This document shows, one piece after another, positions 1-11,284 of a stretch of DNA of 64,000 nt. The stretch comes from an uncultured Lachnospiraceae bacterium (GTDB taxonomy: Bacteria; Bacillota; Clostridia; Lachnospirales; Lachnospiraceae): the NCBI GenBank assembly GCA_910578405.1, contig CAJTQO010000009.1, positions 15,857-79,856 on the forward strand, in the 5' to 3' direction. The notes beneath the pieces were generated by a model, which did no database searches, was not told where the DNA came from, and was given only the letters and a program-made list of their open reading frames with translations. Both the position numbers and the translations under genes were made by a program. Position 1 is the stretch's first letter. Every line of letters starts with the position of its first letter.

Positions 1-436
1 ATCTCCTGTTAATCTAATCTTAAATCGTATTGCAGAATCATTATGTATTTTTGCCCGAAAGGAAAGCCTATTGTCCTCAGGGTTCACAATAAACTCAGCG
101 TCATTCACCAAGTCCTTTCCATTTCTTAACTCATCATAGATTAACCCCGCTTTCGCAACGCCATGCTCCGCATAAGACGCTTCCACATAATAAATTCCTT
201 TCTTCAGTTGAATTTTCGGCGTAACGACAGCCTTTTTGTCTATAGCGGAAACATCTAAATACCCTCCTTTTTCATAATTATAGTTCACATCCTGTAACTC
301 TATATCATCCGGCGTAAAGGTAATTTGCCCCCCCCCTTGCCGAATATGACATGATAGAATAAACTGCATAGGCTGAAAACAGAATTAATTCCACGCAGAT
401 TATTATCCATTTCCTGAACTTTATCATCGCTTTCAT
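1..436 (-). pseudogene. Membrane-anchored protein gene, out of frame at a G9 homopolymer (C9 at 328-336 on +); 3' part runs off the window
   Basis: RBS GAGAGGAG then ATG at 436 gives MKAMIKFRKWIIICVELILFSAYAVYSIMSYSAR (positive N-terminus plus hydrophobic helix); this frame stops at 305-307. A second frame from 327 (QITFTPDDIELQDVNYNYEKGGYLDVSAIDKK...IRLTGD) has no stop to position 1. G8 would fuse the two frames. Confidence 0.7.
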
Positions 437-849
437 CTGGTATACACTCCTCTCGCTTCTGCGAAACGTGATGAAATAATTCCCTATCTCTTTCACAAAT
501 CTATTTATCAAAATGCCTCCGGACACTCATTACAGGAAAAGTCGCCTTAGAATCGTCTTCTGCCGCAGTATGGCGCAAAAACAACTCCAGGAGTTCTTTG
601 GGAAAGCATAAGTGAATGCCACTTAGCAGTCGCGCAAGTTTCAGAACTTCCACTTTAGAAGTAAGGAAAGAACAATGCCATAGGCAATATAAATGAACGG
701 TGCAAAGCATATCCCATTCCAGACTGAATATATGCTCTGCACCTTCTGTAAAATTGCAATGTATCCAAACCAAACATCCAATATTCCCTTATAAGAATTC
801 CATTTCTTTATGCTTACGCTTCCATCCCTGCTTCCGCCTCAATCTCTGC

Positions 850-1404
850 TTAAGCCCTTCCCTCGCAAAACTTTGCTTTATAAGACATCACCGCCGCAAC
901 TGTTTTGGAATCCTCTATCTTCCCGGCATAAATCATATCACACAGTTCCTCTACCGTATACGCCTCCACATGGATAAACTCATCTTCATCCAAATGTTGT
1001 TCCCCCTTTACCAAATCCCTTGCCACATAAATATCTATTTTCTCATTGCAAAATGCAACGGTCGTCCGAATGGTAATCAACAATTCCAGATGTTCCGAAT
1101 GGTATCCGGTTTCCTCCTCCAGTTCCCGCGCAGCGGCGTCCATGGTTGGTTCCGAAGCTCCATTTAAACCGCCTGCCGGAATTTCCAACGTATAACGGTC
1201 CAGCGCGTTGCGGTATTGGCGCACCATCAGCAGTTTCCCGTCTGCCCTGACCGGAACCACTGCCGCAGCGCCCTTATGCCCGATAAAATCCCATGCAACC
1301 ACATTCCCATTGGGAACCTGCACCGTATCCTTATAAAAGTCCACAATCGCCCCTTTGTACACAAGTTCCCGTTTTAACCTTTTAAACTCTTCCGCCATAC
1401 CCAA
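850..1404 (-). CDS. nudF: NUDIX hydrolase, ADP-ribose pyrophosphatase type
   Basis: Nudix box AGGLNGASEPTMDAAARELEEETG; RQYR and LDEDE motifs. Confidence 0.85.
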   Translation of the reverse strand: MGMAEEFKRLKRELVYKGAIVDFYKDTVQVPNGNVVAWDFIGHKGAAAVVPVRADGKLLMVRQYRNALDRYTLEIPAGGLNGASEPTMDAAARELEEETGYHSEHLELLITIRTTVAFCNEKIDIYVARDLVKGEQHLDEDEFIHVEAYTVEELCDMIYAGKIEDSKTVAAVMSYKAKFCEGRA

Positions 1405-1434
1405 CCCCTCTTTTATTCCTGCGTGAAATCTCCT

Positions 1435-2760
1435 TTAAACCGCGCATTTTACTTCCTTCGTAAAATTTTTTACCTTTTCTTCCAGAAGCGCTTCCACACT
1501 AACCAACTTTACGCACAATACAAACAAATCCGTCGCTGCAGCCAATTCTTCCGGAGCCGGGTAGGTGGGCGCCAGGCGGATGTTGCTGTCCTTTGGGTCT
1601 TGCTTGTAAGGAAAAGTAGCGCCAGCCCCGGTCAGGACTACCCCTGCTTCCTTACATTTTGCCACAATCTTCTTCGCGCATCCCTCCATGGATTCAAAAG
1701 AGATGAAATATCCTCCTCTCGGATTCGTCCACTCTGCAATGCCAAGCCCACTTAATTCCTCATCCAGCACTTTTAGCACGGCCTCAAATTTAGGCCGCAT
1801 AATGGCTGCATGTTTCCACATATGCGCCTTCAGTCCGTCCAGATTTTTAAAATACCTTACATGGCGCAGTTGGTTGATTTTATCAAAGCCTATTGTCTGG
1901 ATGGTCAGGAATTTCTTCAACTGTTCCAGGTTCGCCTTGGATGCGGCAAATGCGGAAATCCCGCCTCCGGCAAAAGTTACTTTGGACGTGGAAGAAATCT
2001 CGTAAACCATGTCCGGGTTTCCCGCCTTCTCACACTCGCTTAAGATATCCAATATCTCATCCTGTTTATCCTCATACAAATGATGGATAGCGTACGCATT
2101 ATCCCAGAAAATCCTGAAATCCTTTGCCGCCGGCTTTAACGCCGCAAACCTGCGCACCGTTTCGTCAGAATACGTATATCCCTGAGGATTGGAATATTTC
2201 GGCACACACCAGACGCCCTTAATGCTCGCATCTTCCGATACCAGCTTTTCCACTATATCCATATCCGGCCCCGCCTCTGTCATCGGCACCGTAATCATCT
2301 CTATCCCAAAATGTTCCGTAATCGCAAAATGCCTGTCATAGCCCGGCACGGGACACAAAAACTTCACTTTATCCAATTTGCACCAAGGGGTGTTCCCTAA
2401 TACGCCATGGGTCATACACCATGAAACCATATCATACATAATCGTAAGGCTTGCATTGCCGCACACTACCACCTGATCCGATGATGCAACTCCCATCATC
2501 TGCGCCATCAATTCCTTTGCCTCCTGAATCCCATCCATGGCGCCGTAATTTCTGGTATCAAGCCCTGCCGCCGTTTTATAGTCGGAAGAAGAATTTAAAA
2601 CATCCATAAAGTCCATTTCCATATCCAGTTGGGCGCCAGACGGCTTACCTCTGGACATATCCAACTGCAATCCTTTTCCCTTGGCGTCTTCATAAGCTCT
2701 AGCCAACTGTTTCTGCAACTGCTGTAATTCTTCCCTGCTTAACTCTTTGTACGATTTCAT
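1435..2760 (-). CDS. PLP-dependent aminotransferase, class I/II fold
   Basis: LDMSRGKP, PKYSNPQG, WDNAY, STSKVTF (PLP lysine) and NIRLAP motifs. Confidence 0.9.
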   Translation of the reverse strand: MKSYKELSREELQQLQKQLARAYEDAKGKGLQLDMSRGKPSGAQLDMEMDFMDVLNSSSDYKTAAGLDTRNYGAMDGIQEAKELMAQMMGVASSDQVVVCGNASLTIMYDMVSWCMTHGVLGNTPWCKLDKVKFLCPVPGYDRHFAITEHFGIEMITVPMTEAGPDMDIVEKLVSEDASIKGVWCVPKYSNPQGYTYSDETVRRFAALKPAAKDFRIFWDNAYAIHHLYEDKQDEILDILSECEKAGNPDMVYEISSTSKVTFAGGGISAFAASKANLEQLKKFLTIQTIGFDKINQLRHVRYFKNLDGLKAHMWKHAAIMRPKFEAVLKVLDEELSGLGIAEWTNPRGGYFISFESMEGCAKKIVAKCKEAGVVLTGAGATFPYKQDPKDSNIRLAPTYPAPEELAAATDLFVLCVKLVSVEALLEEKVKNFTKEVKCAV

Positions 2761-3086
2761 CTTTGCACCATCCTCTTAATTTACCATACTAACCATACTA
2801 TAGTATACTTCATTCCTTAAAATGATATTCTTGGATAATCGTATACAATCATACACCTCGTATATCATACTACAAGCTTTTCAATAGTACAAGGATTATT
2901 TTAAATTTTTTTCCAGCGCCGCTCCTTTCCAAAGAAACCGCGCCTTTAAACCCCAATTTCCTATAAGCAAAAAACAGTAAGCGCCGCCATACCATTGGCT
3001 TTGCTTACTGCTTCTTATATCCAGATTATGGAACAGCCATCCTGCTGCCTGCCGCCCGGTTCTCACCTGCTAAGGCAGCCGTCCTG

Positions 3087-4631
3087 CTATTTCGCATAGT
3101 CTATTACCCGTGACTCCCTGATGACATTGACTTTAATCTGGCCCGGATATTCCAATTCCGCTTCAATCTGCTTTGAAATGTCTCTGGCTAACAGCACCAT
3201 GTCTGCATCAGTGATTTGTTCCGGAACTACCATTACACGAATCTCTCTACCTGCCTGTATTGCAAAAGACTTATCTACACCCTTAAAATTATTTGTTATA
3301 TCTTCTAACTGTTTCAGCCTGCTTGTATATGTTTCCAATGTTTCCCGCCGCGCCCCCGGCCTTGCTGCCGAAATCGTGTCCGCAGCCTGTACCAGACATG
3401 CAATAAGGGAACGGGCTTCCACATCCCCGTGGTGCGCCTCTACCGCATTGATCACCATGGCGGATTCCTTGTACTTCTTGCAAAGCTCCACACCCAACTG
3501 GATATGGGAGCCTTCCATTTCATGGTCCACTGCCTTGCCGATGTCATGCAACAGCCCGGCGCGCTTTGCCATCCTCACATCTAACCCCATTTCTGCGGCC
3601 AAAAGCCCGGAAAGCTGCGCAACCTCAATGGAATGCTTCAGCGCGTTCTGCCCATAGCTGGTTCTGAATTTCATCTTCCCAAGCAATTTTATAAGTTCCG
3701 GATGGATGCCATGTACGCCAACTTCCAACGTGGCGGCTTCCCCTTCTTCTTTTATCATTACTTCGACTTCCTTCTGCGCCTTTTCCACCATCTCTTCGAT
3801 TCTGGCCGGATGGATACGCCCGTCCACAATCAGCTTCTCCAGCGCAATCCTCGCCACTTCCCTGCGGATGGGGTCAAAGCCTGACAAAATAACGGCTTCC
3901 GGCGTATCATCAATAATAAGGTCTACACCCGTCATTGTTTCCAGCGTACGGATATTCCTGCCTTCCCTACCGATAATCCTGCCTTTCATCTCGTCATTGG
4001 GAAGCTGCACTACAGATATCGTTGTTTCAGACACATGGTCAGCCGCGCATTTCTGTATTGCGGTAATCACATATTCCTTCGCTTTCTTATCTGCTTCTTC
4101 CTTTGCCCTGCCCTCCATCTCTTTAATCATCACGGCAGTTTCATGCTTCACTTCGTCTTCCACGATTTTTAACAAATAGTCTTTTGCCTGTTCGGAGGTC
4201 AACCCTGAGATTCGTTCCAGTTCCTGTAGTCTCTGTTCATTGAGTTTCGTAACTTCTTCGCGTAATTTAGCCAGGGATTCTTCCCTTGCAGCCAGACTCG
4301 CTTCCTTTTTCTCGATGGCTTCCGCCTTCTTATCGATGTTCTCTTCCTTCTGCTGTACCCTGCGCTCATAACGCTGCGCTTCGGCCCTGCGCTCTTTGAT
4401 CTCCTTGTCCAACTCATTTTTTGTACGGATGGACTCTTCCTTGACCTCAAGCAGGGATTCCCTTTTCTTAGTCTCAGCAGTCTTCAGCGCTTCATCAATA
4501 ATTTCCCTTGCCTTATCCTCCGCATTGCCAATCTGGGATTCCACTACTTTCTTGCGGTAGGAAATCGCCGCAGCCGCAGTTACAGGCACCGAGATAATCA
4601 AAGTTGCGATTACTGCTATTGCAACATACAT
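3087..4631 (-). CDS. rny: Ribonuclease Y
   Basis: N-terminal TM helix, coiled coil, KH domain ([11 protein letters not shown]), HD domain (LLHDIGK); ATG chosen downstream of AGGAGG. Confidence 0.96.
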   Translation of the reverse strand: MYVAIAVIATLIISVPVTAAAAISYRKKVVESQIGNAEDKAREIIDEALKTAETKKRESLLEVKEESIRTKNELDKEIKERRAEAQRYERRVQQKEENIDKKAEAIEKKEASLAAREESLAKLREEVTKLNEQRLQELERISGLTSEQAKDYLLKIVEDEVKHETAVMIKEMEGRAKEEADKKAKEYVITAIQKCAADHVSETTISVVQLPNDEMKGRIIGREGRNIRTLETMTGVDLIIDDTPEAVILSGFDPIRREVARIALEKLIVDGRIHPARIEEMVEKAQKEVEVMIKEEGEAATLEVGVHGIHPELIKLLGKMKFRTSYGQNALKHSIEVAQLSGLLAAEMGLDVRMAKRAGLLHDIGKAVDHEMEGSHIQLGVELCKKYKESAMVINAVEAHHGDVEARSLIACLVQAADTISAARPGARRETLETYTSRLKQLEDITNNFKGVDKSFAIQAGREIRVMVVPEQITDADMVLLARDISKQIEAELEYPGQIKVNVIRESRVIDYAK

Positions 4632-4752
4632 GTACAGGAGCACCTCCTTATTTAGTTTTCATTGTACCAATATCTATATAGAATGTAAGAATCAAAAATG
4701 ATTCCGGTAAAAACATTCTAACAAGCGATTTTACAACACTTAAATTTTAAAC

Positions 4753-5376
4753 TCAAATCGCGTTAATGTCAAGTAAAAGTACGCTTCGAATTGTGTCCAT
4801 TTGAAAACCTTTCCTGTATAAAAACGCGGATATCTTCTGTTTTTCCTTATTTGTAGCGGTTTCCGGGTTATAATTTTTTTTCTTCAGCCATTTCCTTGCA
4901 ATGGAGATTTCATCCGGCAGTTCCCCTTCCACGGACATATTCCCCATCACTTCCCGTATAATCTCCTTTGCCACCCCTTTTCCCATCAAATCCCGCTCCA
5001 TGCGTTTGCTGCTTCTGTCTGACATATGGCAGGCAATAAAGTCCTCCGCATATTTCCTGTCGTCCACATACCCATAGGATTTTACATAAGCAACCGCCTC
5101 TTCTATTACGTCCTGCGGATATTCCCCCTGCCGGAGCTTGTCCCGTAACTGGCGCTCCGTATAGGCCCGCGCCTTTAGCAGGTTCAGGCAGCGCAGTTTC
5201 GCACGCTTTGGCAGGATTTCCTCCAGAATCTGCGCATAATCCGCCGTGCCCATTTCCTGCCCCTCTTCCATCTTATGCAGGCGCAGTTCGCCTTTGTACA
5301 GAGCAAAGGCGAACTCCCCGTCTATATAAATGCGCACCCGCTTTTTATCCAATTCCTCTATCTTCGTTATCTGCAT
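4753..5376 (-). CDS. recX: Regulatory protein RecX
   Basis: Directly downstream of recA; YTERQLRDKL, YGYVDDRKYA and LYRKGF motifs. Confidence 0.9.
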   Translation of the reverse strand: MQITKIEELDKKRVRIYIDGEFAFALYKGELRLHKMEEGQEMGTADYAQILEEILPKRAKLRCLNLLKARAYTERQLRDKLRQGEYPQDVIEEAVAYVKSYGYVDDRKYAEDFIACHMSDRSSKRMERDLMGKGVAKEIIREVMGNMSVEGELPDEISIARKWLKKKNYNPETATNKEKQKISAFLYRKGFQMDTIRSVLLLDINAI

Positions 5377-5395
5377 GTCTGCATCCCCTGCATGA

Positions 5396-6595
5396 TTATT
5401 CGGCTGCCTCCTCCGGCTTTACCGCTTCCGGCGTTTCCTGCGGTTTAAACGCCTCCTCCGTTGACGGTTGTCCGGCTAATGTCTGTGCGGCTTCCGCCGC
5501 CTCCGTCTTTTTGGACTTTTTGTCCGTGCCTTTCTCCGCCTTTCCTGCCTTCGTTTTGGGCACAGCGTCCGCCTCTGCCCCAGGCTCCTGTTTCACATCT
5601 TTATCCAGGTTGAACTGCTCCCTTACTTTCCGCTCCACTTCCTTACAGATTTCCGGGTTATCCTTCAAATACTGTTTTGCATTCTCACGGCCCTGGCCAA
5701 TCTTGGTTCCATTATAGGCATACCAGGCGCCGCTTTTATTGACGATATTATTCTCCGCTGCCAAATCCAGAATATCCCCCTCTGCGGAAATCCCCTGCCC
5801 AAACATAATGTCAAATTCCGCCTCTTTGAACGGAGGGGCAATTTTATTCTTCACTACCTTTACCCGGGTCCGGTTCCCAATCACTTCCCCGCTTTGCTTT
5901 AACGCTTCCACTCTTCTTACGTCCAAACGCACGGAGGAATAGAACTTCAATGCCCGGCCGCCAGTGGTCGTTTCCGGGCTGCCAAACATAACGCCTACCT
6001 TCTCACGCAACTGGTTAATGAATACAACCGTACAGTTCGATTTGCTGATTACTGCCGTCAGCTTACGCAGCGCCTGGGACATAAGCCTGGCCTGCAGCCC
6101 CACATGGCTGTCCCCCATATCTCCGTCTATCTCCGCTTTGGGCACAAGCGCCGCCACCGAGTCCACCACGACTATGTCCACCGCGCCGGAACGCACCATG
6201 GTTTCCGTAATCTCCAAAGCCTGTTCCCCGTTATCCGGCTGTGATATGTACAGATTATCCACATCCACCCCTATGTTCTTGGCATAAACAGGGTCCAGGG
6301 CATGTTCCGCATCTATAAAGCCCGCAATCCCTCCCCGTTTCTGCACCTCCGCAATCATATGCAGCGTTACCGTTGTCTTACCGCTGGACTCCGGCCCGTA
6401 TATCTCTACAATCCTTCCTTTCGGGATGCCCCCTAACCCCAGCGCAATATCCAGGCTTAAAGAACCGGTGGGGATTGTCTCCACATTCATCTGTGCGCTG
6501 GAATCCCCCAGTTTCATTACCGCCCCTTTGCCATACTGCTTCTCTATATGCCCCAATGCGGCTTCCAATGCTTTTAATTTTTCTTCTTTTTCCAT
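5396..6595 (-). CDS. recA: Recombinase RecA with a long charged C-terminal tail
   Basis: GPESSGKTT Walker [22 protein letters not shown] at 6595 after AGGAGA. Confidence 0.99.
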   Translation of the reverse strand: MEKEEKLKALEAALGHIEKQYGKGAVMKLGDSSAQMNVETIPTGSLSLDIALGLGGIPKGRIVEIYGPESSGKTTVTLHMIAEVQKRGGIAGFIDAEHALDPVYAKNIGVDVDNLYISQPDNGEQALEITETMVRSGAVDIVVVDSVAALVPKAEIDGDMGDSHVGLQARLMSQALRKLTAVISKSNCTVVFINQLREKVGVMFGSPETTTGGRALKFYSSVRLDVRRVEALKQSGEVIGNRTRVKVVKNKIAPPFKEAEFDIMFGQGISAEGDILDLAAENNIVNKSGAWYAYNGTKIGQGRENAKQYLKDNPEICKEVERKVREQFNLDKDVKQEPGAEADAVPKTKAGKAEKGTDKKSKKTEAAEAAQTLAGQPSTEEAFKPQETPEAVKPEEAAE

Positions 6596-6714
6596 CCTTG
6601 TTCTCCTTGTCACTTTTCATTATTCCGGTTTCTATGGGCCGTTTCCTGCTTCTGCAATTTTTTAGCAGATTTTTATTTCCATGCATTTCCATGCATCCGA
6701 TTGCCAAACTTTGG

Positions 6715-6762
6715 GAACATCCGTTCTTTTATTATATTAAAACATTTGTTCGCCATTGTCAA
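6715..6762 (-). promoter_or_regulatory. recA sigma-A promoter with two LexA (Cheo) SOS boxes
   Basis: GAAC-atcc-GTTC at 6715-6726 (perfect core) and GAAC-aaat-GTTT at 6740-6751 (minus strand). The second box lies between -35 TTGACA (6757-6762) and -10 TAATAT (6734-6739), 17-bp spacer. Confidence 0.85.
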
Positions 6763-7251
6763 TCCCTTTCCCACTTATTCTTCCACATTTTTATAAGCCC
6801 GAAAACATCTCCCGCTTAAAATTTCCAGTTTTTGAGAGAAACGGCGATTCGCCGGAATTGCATACAGAATAATTCACACTATCACGAATATTATCAATTA
6901 TAGTGTAGCACAAAATGGATATGGCAACAAGGCTTATTTTGGGATATCTCTTTTTCAAAACAAGGTATTTAAATCAATCTTAAGTAAACGGGCTTATGGC
7001 GGCAAAAGCGAGATATCCGGGCTTGTCAAACCTTTTCCCATTTGCTCACTGCAGGCGCGGATACCTGCAGGCATCCTGCCTCCTGCTCCTGCGTAAGCCC
7101 CAATTCTTTCCTTTTTCCCGGATAACCCTATTCATTGGCATAGCTTCATCTCCTTTGTCTGCGCACAAGCAAAACACTGCCTTTCTTGTATCATCGGCCA
7201 GCCTGCCAATGGAAGGGTTCTTAACTTCCGCCTGACTTTTTTAACCGTAAG

Positions 7252-8403
7252 TCAACCTTTCAAAGACCGCCGTTTCCGGTTCCTTCCATTGACATCTTCA
7301 CGAAGCAAAGCATAAACCGTCGAAACGATAGGGATAAAAATAAGCATCCCCACTACTCCCATCAGGCTCCCGCCCACCGTCACTGCCGCCAGCACCCAAA
7401 TGGAAGGAAGCCCCACGGAATTCCCTACCACATGTGGATAAATCAAATTCCCCTCCACCTGCTGCAGCACAATGAAAAGCGCCAGGAACCAGAACGCTTT
7501 GACCGGATCGTCCACCATAATCAGGAATGCGCCTACAAAACACCCCACAAAAGCGCCCACAATAGGTATCAGCGCCGTAAAGGCAATCAACACCCCTACC
7601 ATTACCGCATAAGGAAAGCGGAAAACCGTCATGGACACCACAAACATAGCCCCTAAAATAACGGCCTCCATACACTGCCCGGTAATAAAATTGCTGAAAT
7701 TCTTTCCGGCCAGAGAGCCTACTTCCAATGCCCGCTCATAAACCTTGGGGCTGCAGTAGGCATGAAGTATCCTCTTCCACTGCTCCCCCAGCTTCTCCTT
7801 TTGCGCCAATATATAAAAGGAAAAAACAAGCGCAACAAAAATATTGACTACGCCGCCCACAATGGTGGATGCCACGGTAACGGTGGAAGTGACCACACTG
7901 CCCAGCCCGTTTTTCATAAAGTCCACCACAGCGCTAACCATTGAGTCCCAATTCATTTTCGTTGGGTCTAACTCCTCCAACGCCGCCAAAAGCTGGGGCT
8001 GGGACACAAACAGCTCCTCCAGCCAAACCTGCGCTTCTGCCAGAAAACGCGGTATTTTATTGCCCAGCTCCATCATAGTCTTCGTCACCTGCGGAACCAC
8101 AGTAACCATAACCAGCGCCAAAAGCAGAACCACCGCCGTAAAAGACAGGACAATGCTGGCCGGACGTTTGATTTTCTCCGCCTTTTGGCTTCTTACCTTG
8201 GAGAACAGCCGCTTCTCTATCATCTTCATAGGAATATTCATTACAAACGCAATGGCGGCGCCATACAAAAACGGACGCACAATCCCAAGCAGAAAGAAAA
8301 GCCCTGCCAATAATACCTCAACTTTCCATACCGCCAGGCATACCGCTGCCGTAAAAAGAATAAGACCCCTGATTTTCTTTATATTCCCTTTGTCCAAATT
8401 CAT
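7252..8403 (-). CDS. AI-2E family transporter
   Basis: Multi-TM protein; ALIPIVGAFVG, QQVEGNLIYPHVVG and GMLIFIP family motifs. Confidence 0.9.
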   Translation of the reverse strand: MNLDKGNIKKIRGLILFTAAVCLAVWKVEVLLAGLFFLLGIVRPFLYGAAIAFVMNIPMKMIEKRLFSKVRSQKAEKIKRPASIVLSFTAVVLLLALVMVTVVPQVTKTMMELGNKIPRFLAEAQVWLEELFVSQPQLLAALEELDPTKMNWDSMVSAVVDFMKNGLGSVVTSTVTVASTIVGGVVNIFVALVFSFYILAQKEKLGEQWKRILHAYCSPKVYERALEVGSLAGKNFSNFITGQCMEAVILGAMFVVSMTVFRFPYAVMVGVLIAFTALIPIVGAFVGCFVGAFLIMVDDPVKAFWFLALFIVLQQVEGNLIYPHVVGNSVGLPSIWVLAAVTVGGSLMGVVGMLIFIPIVSTVYALLREDVNGRNRKRRSLKG

Positions 8404-8436
8404 AACCTTCGCCTTTCGTATTTTGCATCCTCTTAT

Positions 8437-9891
8437 CTACCCTTTTTGCTTCAAAACTTCCAGCACGTAATTCCACACTCTTCCAACCGAAGAAACGCTT
8501 AGACGTTCTTCCGTCGTATGGATGTCTTTCATATCCGGGCCGATGGAAACACATTCCAGGCCAGGTATTTTCGCCATCAGCAGCCCGCACTCCAGCCCGG
8601 CATGGATGGCCTGTATCTCCGGTTCCTTCCCATACAGTTCCCGGTATACCCTCACCGCCATATCCCGGAACGGGGAATCCTTTTGGTAAGCCCAGCCCGG
8701 ATAGTCTCCCCGGACAGTCTGCCCGGCCCCGGACATATGCGCCAGGCTCTCCAATTTGAGAATCAATGCCCTTTTTGCGCTCTCCACGGAACTGCGTACG
8801 GAAAACTGTATCACTGCCCTGTCCCGTTCCAGCCGGACAATCCCCATATTCAAAGAGGTTTCCACCAAACCTGCAATATCCGCGCTCATTGCCTGCACCC
8901 CGTCCGGAGCCGCAAAAAGCAGGTCGGACAGCCTTTCCCATTCCTCTTTTGCCACTATGTCCCTTGCGCCGTGCCGGAGCGGTTTTACTTCAATGCATAC
9001 CCCGGGATCTTTCGTCTGCAGTTCCAGGCGCCACTGCGCTTCCACTTCCTTCACGGTTTCCAAAAAGCGCGCCTCTTCCCCCTCCGCATCCGTCAGCGTC
9101 ACCACCGCAGACGCTTCTCTGGGAATGGCATTGTCTGCCAGTCCGCCGGACAATTCCGCCAGCCCAAGCCCCACCTTTTTTTTCAGCTCATACAAAAGAC
9201 GCGCCATAAGACTGTTTGCATTCCCTCTGCCCTTGTCGATTTCCGCTCCGGAATGCCCGCCAAGCAGTCCCTTTACGATAAGTTCATATGCCATACCGTT
9301 CTGACTGACACGTTTTAACGGCAATTCCCAATCCACCCGCGCCCCTCCGGCACAGCCTGCCAGCAGGATGCCTTCTTCCTCCGAATCCAGGTTCAGCATA
9401 CGCTTCCCCTGCAGCATGGACGCATCCAATTCCCTTGCCCCATCCATGCCCACTTCCTCATCCACGGTCAGGATAATTTCCAGCCTGGGATGACTCATCT
9501 CTTCCGACTCCAACAACGCCAGCGCATAAGCCACCGCTATTCCGTCATCCCCGCCCAGGCTGGTGTCTTTGGCATAAAGCCAATCCCCTTCCAGGGCTAA
9601 TTCCAGGCCGTCCTTTTCCATATCAATGGCTGCCTCCGGTTTCTTTACCGCTACCATATCCATATGTCCCTGCAGAATCACCGGCGCCACATCCTCATAC
9701 CCGGCGGTGGCCTCCTTGACCATAATCACATTTCCGCACTTATCCTGGATATAAAACAGCCCCTTTTCCTTTGCAAAGTTTACCAGATAGTTGCTAAGCC
9801 CCTCCACATTTCCCGACCCATGGGGAATCCCACAAATCTCCTCAAAGTAATGAAATACCCTCTTCGGTTCCAGATTTTGCGTAATTGCCAT
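8437..9891 (-). CDS. pepD: Aminoacyl-histidine dipeptidase (M20C)
   Basis: IPHGSGN, QGHMDMV, LGGDDG, DEEVGM, NLDSEE, GGHSG, HAGLECG. Confidence 0.93.
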   Translation of the reverse strand: MAITQNLEPKRVFHYFEEICGIPHGSGNVEGLSNYLVNFAKEKGLFYIQDKCGNVIMVKEATAGYEDVAPVILQGHMDMVAVKKPEAAIDMEKDGLELALEGDWLYAKDTSLGGDDGIAVAYALALLESEEMSHPRLEIILTVDEEVGMDGARELDASMLQGKRMLNLDSEEEGILLAGCAGGARVDWELPLKRVSQNGMAYELIVKGLLGGHSGAEIDKGRGNANSLMARLLYELKKKVGLGLAELSGGLADNAIPREASAVVTLTDAEGEEARFLETVKEVEAQWRLELQTKDPGVCIEVKPLRHGARDIVAKEEWERLSDLLFAAPDGVQAMSADIAGLVETSLNMGIVRLERDRAVIQFSVRSSVESAKRALILKLESLAHMSGAGQTVRGDYPGWAYQKDSPFRDMAVRVYRELYGKEPEIQAIHAGLECGLLMAKIPGLECVSIGPDMKDIHTTEERLSVSSVGRVWNYVLEVLKQKG

Positions 9892-9997
9892 TTTTCCATC
9901 CTCCCACAAATTACCATAATACAACATAGTATACACCAAAACGACTGGAATAATAGTAAAATTTCCGTTAAATTATCGTACTTAGGATGCGTATAAG

Positions 9998-10022
9998 AAA
10001 AAGGGAGGCTTCCATGCCTCCC
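9998..10022 (-). terminator. Intrinsic terminator after rplT
   Basis: GGGAGGC/GCCTCCC stem with a U-tract on the minus strand. Confidence 0.7.
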
Positions 10023-10037
10023 AAAAAACACTGCTCT

Positions 10038-10394
10038 TTATGCAATTTTGCTCTTTGCCAGCTCTGCCAGAGTCGCAAACCCTTCCGCATCGTTCACTGC
10101 CATTTCTGCCAGCATCTTGCGGTTTACCTCAACCTCCGCCAGTTTCAGGCCATACATAAACTTGCTGTAAGACAGCCCGTGCATCCTTGCCGCCGCATTA
10201 ATCCGCGCAATCCAAAGCCTTCTGAACTGACGTTTCCTTTCCTTACGGCCCACATAAGAAGAAGCCAACGCCCTCATGACAGCCTGTTTAGCAATCCTGT
10301 ACTGCTTAGACCTTGCGCCCCTGTAGCCCTTTGCAAGCCTCAATACTCTGTTATGTTTCTTTCTTGCATTCATTCCGCCTTTAATTCTTGCCAT
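10038..10394 (-). CDS. rplT: 50S ribosomal protein L20
   Basis: MARIKGG...AKGYRGARS...[10 protein letters not shown]. Confidence 0.99.
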   Translation of the reverse strand: MARIKGGMNARKKHNRVLRLAKGYRGARSKQYRIAKQAVMRALASSYVGRKERKRQFRRLWIARINAAARMHGLSYSKFMYGLKLAEVEVNRKMLAEMAVNDAEGFATLAELAKSKIA

Positions 10395-10439
10395 TTTCCA
10401 TTTCCTCCTAACAACTTATTCAACATCCAATCCCCGGTT

Positions 10440-10637
10440 TTACAGATATGGTAAAATCTTCTTCATATTCTTAACATTCGTAGCATCTGTTATGGCCGGT
10501 TTCCTGAGGTTTCTCTTCCTCTTCGCTGTTTTCTTTGCTAAGATATGGCGCTTATAAGCTTTGCTTCTTCTTAACTTGCCTGTCCCTGTTACTTTAAAAC
10601 GCTTTGCAGCAGACCTGTTTGTCTTCATTTTAGGCAT
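10440..10637 (-). CDS. rpmI: 50S ribosomal protein L35
   Basis: [21 protein letters not shown]. Confidence 0.99.
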   Translation of the reverse strand: MPKMKTNRSAAKRFKVTGTGKLRRSKAYKRHILAKKTAKRKRNLRKPAITDATNVKNMKKILPYL

Positions 10638-10688
10638 ATCTGATTTCCTCCTATCGCTTACTCATTTTCTCTATTTTAACTGCACGAA

Positions 10689-11195
10689 TTATCGCTTTTC
10701 AGTTAAAAACATTGTCATGCTCCTTCCCTCTACCTTGGGCGCTTTTTCCACCACCGCAATATCGGAAAGCGCTTCTGCAAAATCATCCAAAATATGTTTG
10801 CTGTTCGCCATATGCGCCATCTCACGGCCACGGAAGCGGAGCGTAATCTTCACTTTATCCCCTTTTCCAATAAATTTCCTCGCCGCGTTTGTCTTTGTAT
10901 TTAAATCATTGGAATCAATATTGGGGGACAGGCGTATCTCCTTAATTTCAATCGTTTTCTGCTTCTTTCTGGCTTCCTTTTCCTTCCTCGCCTGCTCATA
11001 CCTAAACTTCCCATAATCAACAATCTTGCAGACAGGCGGTTTTGCCGTAGGAGCTATTTTCACCAGATCCACCCCGGCCTCATCCGCCAGCCGCATCGCT
11101 TCCCTGGTCGGCATAACCCCTAACTGTTCCCCATTCTCACCTATTACACGTACTTCCTTGTCTCTAATCTGCTCGTTAATCATTAATTCGCTAAT
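10689..11195 (-). CDS. infC: Translation initiation factor IF-3, AUU start codon
   Basis: INEQIRDKEVRVI, DYGKFRYE, RFRGRE; GAGGAGG RBS is positioned for ATT at 11195. Confidence 0.97.
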   Translation of the reverse strand: MSELMINEQIRDKEVRVIGENGEQLGVMPTREAMRLADEAGVDLVKIAPTAKPPVCKIVDYGKFRYEQARKEKEARKKQKTIEIKEIRLSPNIDSNDLNTKTNAARKFIGKGDKVKITLRFRGREMAHMANSKHILDDFAEALSDIAVVEKAPKVEGRSMTMFLTEKR

Positions 11196-11284
11196 GGCTT
11201 TACCCTCCTCAAAATACAAACATATGATAATCCCCGTCCATCCGTGGACTTTTCTCCTGCGTATCAGCTGTTTTTTGCTTCACC

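Noticed and set aside
501..773. 90-aa minus-strand ORF
   Set aside because: No clear RBS or family motif and atypical composition; probably intergenic sequence.
8518..9318. Long plus-strand ORFs opposite pepD (and similar shadows over rny, oppA, the ATPase, the GH3 genes and 38306-39214)
   Set aside because: Antisense shadows of well-supported genes, with no recognisable motifs.
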